Under the pieces are notes generated by a model, which did not search any database, was not told the DNA's origin, and saw only the letters and a program-made list of their open reading frames with translations. The translations under genes were made by a program, and so were the position numbers. Of a stretch of 64,000 nucleotides of DNA, positions 57,088 to 64,000 are shown in pieces. Each line of letters begins with the position of its first letter. Position 1 is the stretch's first letter. The stretch is from assembly GCA_000708835.1 (NCBI GenBank), contig DF237102.1:1-64000 (forward strand). The letters are read 5' to 3'. Source of the DNA: Klebsormidium nitens. Lineage: Eukaryota > Plantae > Klebsormidiophyceae.

Positions 57088-60000
57088 CAGTGAGGGGCGG
57101 ACCTGTGACGGAGAAACAACTAGTTCAGAATACCTCTCTTACATCATACGAATCTTTTTCACCCGCGGGCAGCTCCTTTGGAGTAAAGCGGAGTATTCTT
57201 GAAAACCCTAGGATTCCCTATTCGAACGATCGGTTATAGATGTTGGGCAGCAAAGTACTGAACGGAAAGGAGAAGAAGGGCGTATGAATTTGCGACAAGT
57301 AAAGTTGCAAGAAAATTGTGGTCGGCCGATTTAGGAAGGGAATATGGAACAACGAACGGTAGGGATGTTTGGACAATTCGAGTTTTCGATACCCAATATT
57401 TGAGAGCGACAAGGTGTGACTTTGAATTGGACCTCCTTGAGAGAGGAGTTCACAAATGTGAACTTTCGCAAAAGATGGGTGAAAAAGCTCAAAGTAAGAG
57501 TGAATAAGAAGTGGAAGGATGTAAAACTCAGTGGTGTATTACAGGAACAAAAGAGACAGACCTAGATTATGGACTCGTCTGTCAAAGCAAAGCGACCTCT
57601 TGAAGAGACACAGGACGGGGATATTCGAATGGATTTCATCAAGCAAGGCTTCTGGCAAGAAGGCGATAAAGGACTTATGTGCGGCAGCCCATCTTCTCTC
57701 CGTTCTGCCAAATATGGAGCACCTGAGCATGACTTTGGATTCTTGACAGTACTTTAAGAATGACGATTGAGAGCTTGCCAGTGTACTCAAGGGAGGGTAC
57801 ATGTGCCAGTTGAACGTTTTCAAGATATGCAGTATCCTTCCAAAAACTCTTCTCTTGGATGGCGAATGACAGACTGGTGGAATGAAATCATTTTCAAACC
57901 AACCCAGAAAAGAGTAGAGATTGTTCCTTGCATCAGGGGGGAGGATTGCTACAGAGCCTTCTAACTTAATCGTAAGAGGGGATTTGAGCCTGAGGTGCTC
58001 ACATTGGTTTGTTACGAAGAACTGATCGCTTTTGAGTAGCGCGAAATTGGATTCTGATATTGAATGCATCAGAAGCATTGGAAGATACTAGGTTGCGCAC
58101 AAGACACAAACGCTCAGGGGTTTTATCACCTTGGAATATGGCTGCCTTGTCGCAAGCATTGGAATGCGGTTGGGATAGGAGAAGACATGAGGACTTTTCA
58201 ATCAAGAGGAGTTCGTATATATAGAAGCTACGATACGCAAGGGGCCCCTTAAAGATGCAACCAGACCCAGGGGGCCTTCCCCGCAGGATGATATAGCTGG
58301 CAAGGACAGGACGTTTTGCAAGCCAGACACTGGACAAGTCTACCACCTGGCAGTATTCAATCCAGAAAATCAATGAATAGTGGATCCAATTTTGACTAGC
58401 TCTGGCGCCTTTGAAAGCTGGCAAGCTCTGGTCCTAATGAACATACGCGGTGCGTAACATATCACATCACTCTACTCCTACGACACTGCAGCTTCTAAGC
58501 GCAATGACACAAAATTTAAGTCACAAAAACCCATTGCAGACTGAACTGTCCATTAAGTGAAGACATTGTCTCTGCTGACTATTTGTAAAAGCTGCACCAG
58601 CCGGAGCGCCCTGTAGCCCAAGGATAGTTCACTTAGAAACTGGGAGTGACCTTATCTTAGCATTGGATCAACAAGAATTGGGCAGATAGCTGATGGCATG
58701 GCCATGGATCAGGTATGCTAGCTTCATAGCAGTTCTCTTTGGCATTTGCAATTGGGTTGTGACAGCGTTGAATGACAGCAAATGGGCTCATCATCTGATG
58801 GACGAGGTAGAGGCAATTGGGGCTTGAAGACCCAGCATCACCCCAGATCTCCTTGTTGGCAGTCTGAGCACTCCCCGCCCTTTTGAAATTTACCAGCAAA
58901 GAGTGAAATAGTGCATCCTGCCTACAATTGCTCAACACTTATGAAGCCGTTAAAGAACACCCCGATAGCCGCTTTGTGTAGAAAGCAAGAGCTTCCAGCA
59001 AGAATTGCCAATTCCCGCTTACGAAAAGTAACATCGAGAGAAACCAACCATTGGGAGCAGGCAGATACAGCTCTCTCAGCATTCCACTTACCTTCAAGCA
59101 AGTCAGTGAAGATCGCCTCCGCTCAATCCCCTTGCACTAGCGCAATGCTGCACCCCCGGCTCTGTGTTGCTTTCTCCAGCTAACCACTTGTTGTTGAGCA
59201 GGCGCGGATGGGGGCGACCACAACAAGGCTCAGTCCCTTGCACACAGTGCTGGGGGCGAACTATCGTAGTGTTGTTCCTTCTATTCCATTCTTTCAGCTA
59301 GCGTGGTTTCTCCCACTAATTCTTTCTTTTAGCTGGTGTGGTTTTCTCTACCATCACGTCTTTCGTTGCGCTAGCGTGATTTTTCTTCCTATTTCTTTGA
59401 CGTCTTAGCTAGCGTGATATCTCCGTCTAATATCTCGTCCTTCTGGCTTTGCTTCTTGTTTGCAACTCACAATTGGGCGGACGCTCTTCTGCAATAGGGA
59501 AACTTCTGCGCAGCTTACACGAATCTGACGGCCACTGCCAGCTGGCACAATTACCAAGTCAAAGTGCAAAGCTGGGCAATAGCTCTAGCAAATGTCCAGC
59601 ATCCTTGACGATTACGGTAACCATACTATATTCTACCCTCTTTTCGGCCGCATCAATTTCCAACCTGCAGATTGAGCTGGGTTTAGTGTACCTGTGCTGG
59701 GTTACCAACAGAAGCGCGGTGCGTGTCAATGGACCTCAGACCCATTGAAAGGACGTTAATGCCCGGGAATTCCATCAGATTCCCGGCCTGCGATTGCTGA
59801 CTCAGCGAGCCACTTGAACCAGGCGCGCGCTTCATGCAAACCAGCCAGTTAACCCGCGTTTTTCTCAGGAATGACTCTGCGCCAGGGAACCTCACACCAG
59901 ACAAGCCTACACCGAAAAGTACAGCTGATAACCTCTACAGCTCACCATTCTGCTTGACGCCTTCATAGTATACGCCGCCGCGCATGGTGTGTGAGCTAAC

Positions 60001-63000
60001 CCCGAAATCCAAGAGCTCTCTGCAACTTCGTACGTGTGGGCCAGGGCCAGGTACTCGTGTATTTGGTGTACACGCTACAGCCTGACAGGATGCCAATCAT
60101 TGCTACGCTGGTTGCCAGGGCACGCGCTGTATCGGAGGCCAGATGGCAAGCGTTGCGACTTTCTCACAGGCTGGCGTACAATCATGCGCAGCTTCTCGCA
60201 TGTTGACTTTGGGATGATGCGCAAATACGAAACGCCGCATCGTCTGCACGGAAGATACTACTGGTGCCTTCCAAATTACGTATAGCTAGCTAGGTACACC
60301 GTACCTGCTTCGTAAAGCCAGTCTCACTGCTCCGGACCGGGATACCGGTATGCATGGAGGATTTAGTACCCCCGGTTCATTCCTTATGACCTGGAACAAA
60401 CGACTTTGCAGCGACTTTGCAACGACTAAGAACACAGGGAGGTCCCTATGAAAGTAAATGCCCGGCGGATCCGTCGCGATCTTCCGAACTCTCCCAATTG
60501 CGAGGCCCATCGAGAAGCCGGACAAGGGGTGTCCCGATTTTATGAGACTAGTGTTAAGCTTACTCTACCGGTCATGGACAAACCAAGAACCCTTAAACCT
60601 GTACATTCAAGCGCTCCGCAAACTAGTCCCACCCTAACCCCCGGGATAACGGCAGCCGTCCTCCGGGATTGACCTACTAACATACGCAGAGCTTATTGTT
60701 CACACAGTCGGAAGATTATGGGGGATCGCCCGGTTGCCGGGTTGCCGCGGCGCGTGCAACAAAAGCACACATGACAACATTCCGAAGATGCCGTTCTCGG
60801 AATCACGTACAGAATTGAACCTGATGCGCCTGATTCACGAATAACTTCAACAAGTAATCACAGTGTGCATTTATTCAAGGAAGTATAAACAACTGTTCGG
60901 TCGAGCAGCCAACAGATTATCTCCTGACCTGCCCAAAAATGGCTTCGGATGGTCATATATTGTCGAGTTTCGTTTGAGTCATCTACTTTTGCAGATAAAA
61001 TGTTTTTTTTTGCTTCGTAAAGTAAGCTGCTGAAACAATACATTGTACGAATACGTTGTTACATGTGGAACTGGCTAATATCCTCACGCTTGTGAAACTT
61101 TTTTACCCCACACCAATCATATCAGCTGCCCAGATCACCATACATAAGAAATCAAATATTGGACAACGCTGCAATTGGACAACCTTAATGAATTATTAAT
61201 GTGTTTTACGGTACCGTATTGGTGTTTCAGGTGCACTCATGTTTGAGTACAGTTTGCGTACCCGTCGATGTGCCAAACTTCTTTCAAAGTGTGCATATGC
61301 CAGGCTTGCCGCCGACCGTGACCAGTGGCCTCTTGGCAGCACAGAGCAGTCGTCAAGTTTGGCAGGGGCCAAATCTGCTGAGCTGCCTGATCAGGGCTGC
61401 GGCAGCTTCCCGGAAATGAAAAACATTGGAATCTGCCAGCTAAGATCAAATGGGCCTTCCCTCTTTTGCGCACACTAGTTGTGAAGCTGCGGTTTTGCGG
61501 ATCAGGACGTCTATAAAAGTTTGCAGATTGCATTGCAAACAAACTTGCATCCTTGCCCATCTCCTCCTCATCTTTTGTCTTGCCACCCAGCTACCACTTC
61601 AGCAAAGCAAACGCAGTTCTGAAGCCAAGGGGGCTCTGCTGATAATCTATCTCAAAAGCGGCAGTCTCTGGCTGCCGCAGACGAGTGGGCCAGTGCGCCC
61701 CGACATCCCTGACCCGCGCTGGGGACCGCACAGAAACCGCACAGCATAATCCAATCAAGGCCACTGAAACGCGCCCGACAAGAAGCGGACGAGAGTCTGG
61801 GGGGCAGTTGACCTCGTCCCCCCAGCAAGGAAACGTCCACACGTCAACAAGCCTACTCCACGCCTACTCCAGAAGCCAGGTAAGTGGCATTGGCACTGCC
61901 GATTTTCCTTCCAATGCCTTCTTTTTATTTGTCTGGTTTCAAGCTGATGTCTTGTCAATTGAGCCACTGACGAGCATTCAGTCAGTGTACTACTTTGAAA
62001 GATATTAGTTTTGACAGGGTGCTGTTGCCAGTTTGTAACATTTAATTGCTTCAGGTTGTCAGTATGCTTCCTTCATGAGCTGAAACAACAGCATTCCTGT
62101 AACACCTGTTATAGTCACGCAGTGCTGTATTTCTTTGCACCATTGTTCAAGGGCCAGCAAATCCTGTGTCACACCATAAAAATGATCGTTGCCTTGCTGG
62201 AACGCTATGCCTCCCCATGAAGTGCTGACCCAAAGATTTCAGTTTCAGGATGTGATTGATCCAATAACAAAGAGTTCCTTGGGGGGAAGAAGTCTTGACT
62301 GGTCTTTTGGAGGCCAGCTCAATCTGGGAGCTAGCGGTCAGAAGGGCCTGGACCCATAAACCCTGCCAATCTGCCAAGATGAACAGAGTCTGTGTCCTTT
62401 GGCCGCACAAGAGCGTGCCTTGCACTGGGGATGCTTCCTGGCGCTTAGTTGGTGCGTCTCACAGGTCTTTTAATCGGTGAATCAGGAGCTCCCTTATGAA
62501 TAAACAGTGGGCAGAATCTGGGGGGGTTCAGAAAGCTGCTTTCAGAGACGACTCGTGCGCAGTCAACGAGACAATGAGGACTTTTTTCCCTTTAATTCTG
62601 TAGCATTTCTTGCCTCCTACAGCTGTTGAGGAGTTCCAAGCATTCACAATAATCTGCAGAGCTTCTTTTTCCCTTCTTGGTCGAGTTTTGAAGGTGTCGC
62701 AAGCAGTACCGCAAAATGCATGCAGGAGTAATCAGGGCCATGTCACATCTCAATGGTCTACAAAGAGTGTACGAGCAGCTTCCTCCCTTTGAATAGACTG
62801 CTCTTACTACTAGTCTCATGCAAATCACCTGGATTCATGCTTGTCCAGTAGGGTTTGAACCAGACCCCCGAGCTCAACCTGAGATCAGTCTCAAGCTTTT
62901 GGCCTTCCTCGATACATCCAGCAGAACCCGACTGATTCACCACTTTGGGCACCATGTTTTCAAAAATGCTGGCTCTGTAAAAGATCACGAACCGCAGTAA

Positions 63001-63099
63001 TTCCAATCTGCCCTTTCTCTACGCGTTGGCTGGCTTTGAAAGGCATGACCCCTCAACTGTATCACAAAACTTCTTTTGCAGGCAGCCATTCCGGCGACC

Positions 63100-63825
63100 A
63101 TGGCGACCCAGCTCCAGTTTGCCCAGGTCGCCACGCACAAGCTCGTTCTCGGGTTCCACCAACAGGGCGCGGGCGATCGGTGCGCGATCGCCAGGTTTGA
63201 CAACCGGTACTCTCTGGTGCAGTCCTTCACGGGTTCCGAGGAGAGAGTCCACGCGTCGCTGGCAACCCTAGACGCCAACGGCGGCACGCGCTTCCGCGAC
63301 TCGATCTGCGACTTCGTGGACTACTTCCGGACGTCCGGGCGGCGCGACCGCCCGTGGCTCATCATCGTCATCACGGACGGGGACGACAACGGGAGCACGC
63401 GGTCCGTTTTCAACGCCGGGCAGTACCTCTTGTCCCGCTTCAACCACGAGCAGAATAATTTTATGTTTACCATCGGGGTCGGTGATGACGTGGATAACCG
63501 GGCGCTTGAGGCGCTGGCAAAGCAGGGCGGGTACAACCACGTCGGGCTCGAGTCGTTCGAGCTGTTGGAGGCGCTGTTCCAAATCATCGCGGCGCAGGTG
63601 GTGCAGTCAATCACGGGGGTGGTGGGGCAAATTGACGGGAAGACGTTCAGTCTGGTTGGAGCAGAGGAGACGCTAGTCCGGCAGGGCATCGACTACGGCT
63701 TCCTCATTGACTGCTCTGGTTCGATGGGTTCGATCGTGGGTCGCTCTAGACAGTCAGTGCGGCCACAGCCGCTGCTGATGGCCCCGCCGCCAGCTCAGCA
63801 GCCAGCCTGCTGTTCAATCCTGTAG
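63100..63825 (+). CDS. von Willebrand factor A (vWA) domain protein, circularly permuted, with C-terminal CaaX (CCSIL), 241 aa
   Basis: DRCAIARF, GGTRFRDSI, IIVITDG and FTIGVG occur in canonical order, but the beta1/MIDAS motif YGFLIDCSGSM is near the C-terminus. ATG is in GACCATGG context after an acceptor at 63081. Confidence 0.85.
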   Translation: MATQLQFAQVATHKLVLGFHQQGAGDRCAIARFDNRYSLVQSFTGSEERVHASLATLDANGGTRFRDSICDFVDYFRTSGRRDRPWLIIVITDGDDNGSTRSVFNAGQYLLSRFNHEQNNFMFTIGVGDDVDNRALEALAKQGGYNHVGLESFELLEALFQIIAAQVVQSITGVVGQIDGKTFSLVGAEETLVRQGIDYGFLIDCSGSMGSIVGRSRQSVRPQPLLMAPPPAQQPACCSIL

Positions 63826-64000
63826 TAAGAGCCTCGTGAAGAGCAAAGCCTTTGTGACGCTTAAGTCTGCAGTGCTGCAATATAAGGAGATATCGACATA
63901 AATTCTGGTCAGTCTTTTGAGTTGGGAGGCAGCGTCCACGCAAACATGTATATGTAACTTGTTTAGAATCAAGCCAGGTTGATCGGCCTGTGGTCTACAT

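Noticed and set aside
57200-61200. Scattered 60-180-aa ORFs
   Set aside because: No recognisable motifs, no consistent exon chain, and non-coding-like composition.
61685-61879. ORF starting MGQC (apparent myristoylation/palmitoylation motif) upstream of the vWA gene
   Set aside because: The start is GTG, not ATG. The segment ends in a donor site and is more likely a 5' UTR exon; it contains no DxSxS.
1-64000. tRNA/rRNA genes and telomeric arrays
   Set aside because: No cloverleaf with A/B boxes, no rRNA signature, and no tandem TTTAGGG-type run was seen by eye; tRNAscan-SE/barrnap would be decisive.

Overview
Eukaryotic nuclear DNA with GT-AG introns. Gene content and style suggest a streptophyte green alga such as Klebsormidium (inference). 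The window has two assembly gaps. 1-11.2 kb is a mobile-element block. It holds the C-terminus of a viral/Polinton-like-virus-type tyrosine recombinase, a small viral-type ORF, and a ~970-aa Prim-Pol/Zn-finger/SF3 (D5-like) helicase gene broken by four single-base deletions. Directly after that gene are two copies of an inverted-iteron unit resembling a replication origin. Next is a spliced KDZ (Kyakuja-Dileera-Zisupton) transposase whose intron holds an antisense XPA-like gene, followed by a 2-kb array of palindromic ~140-bp units. 14.7-23 kb holds a protein kinase and a decayed hAT transposon. 23-32.4 kb holds a 6-exon Bax-inhibitor-1/LFG gene and a 5-exon GT61 glycosyltransferase. 34.1-52.7 kb splices into one 18-exon gene for a ~2,900-aa secreted mosaic wall/adhesion protein, which the ORF track breaks into many pieces. 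The right end has a 3-exon unknown gene and a circularly permuted vWA protein ending in a CaaX motif. No rRNA, tRNA or CRISPR array was found.
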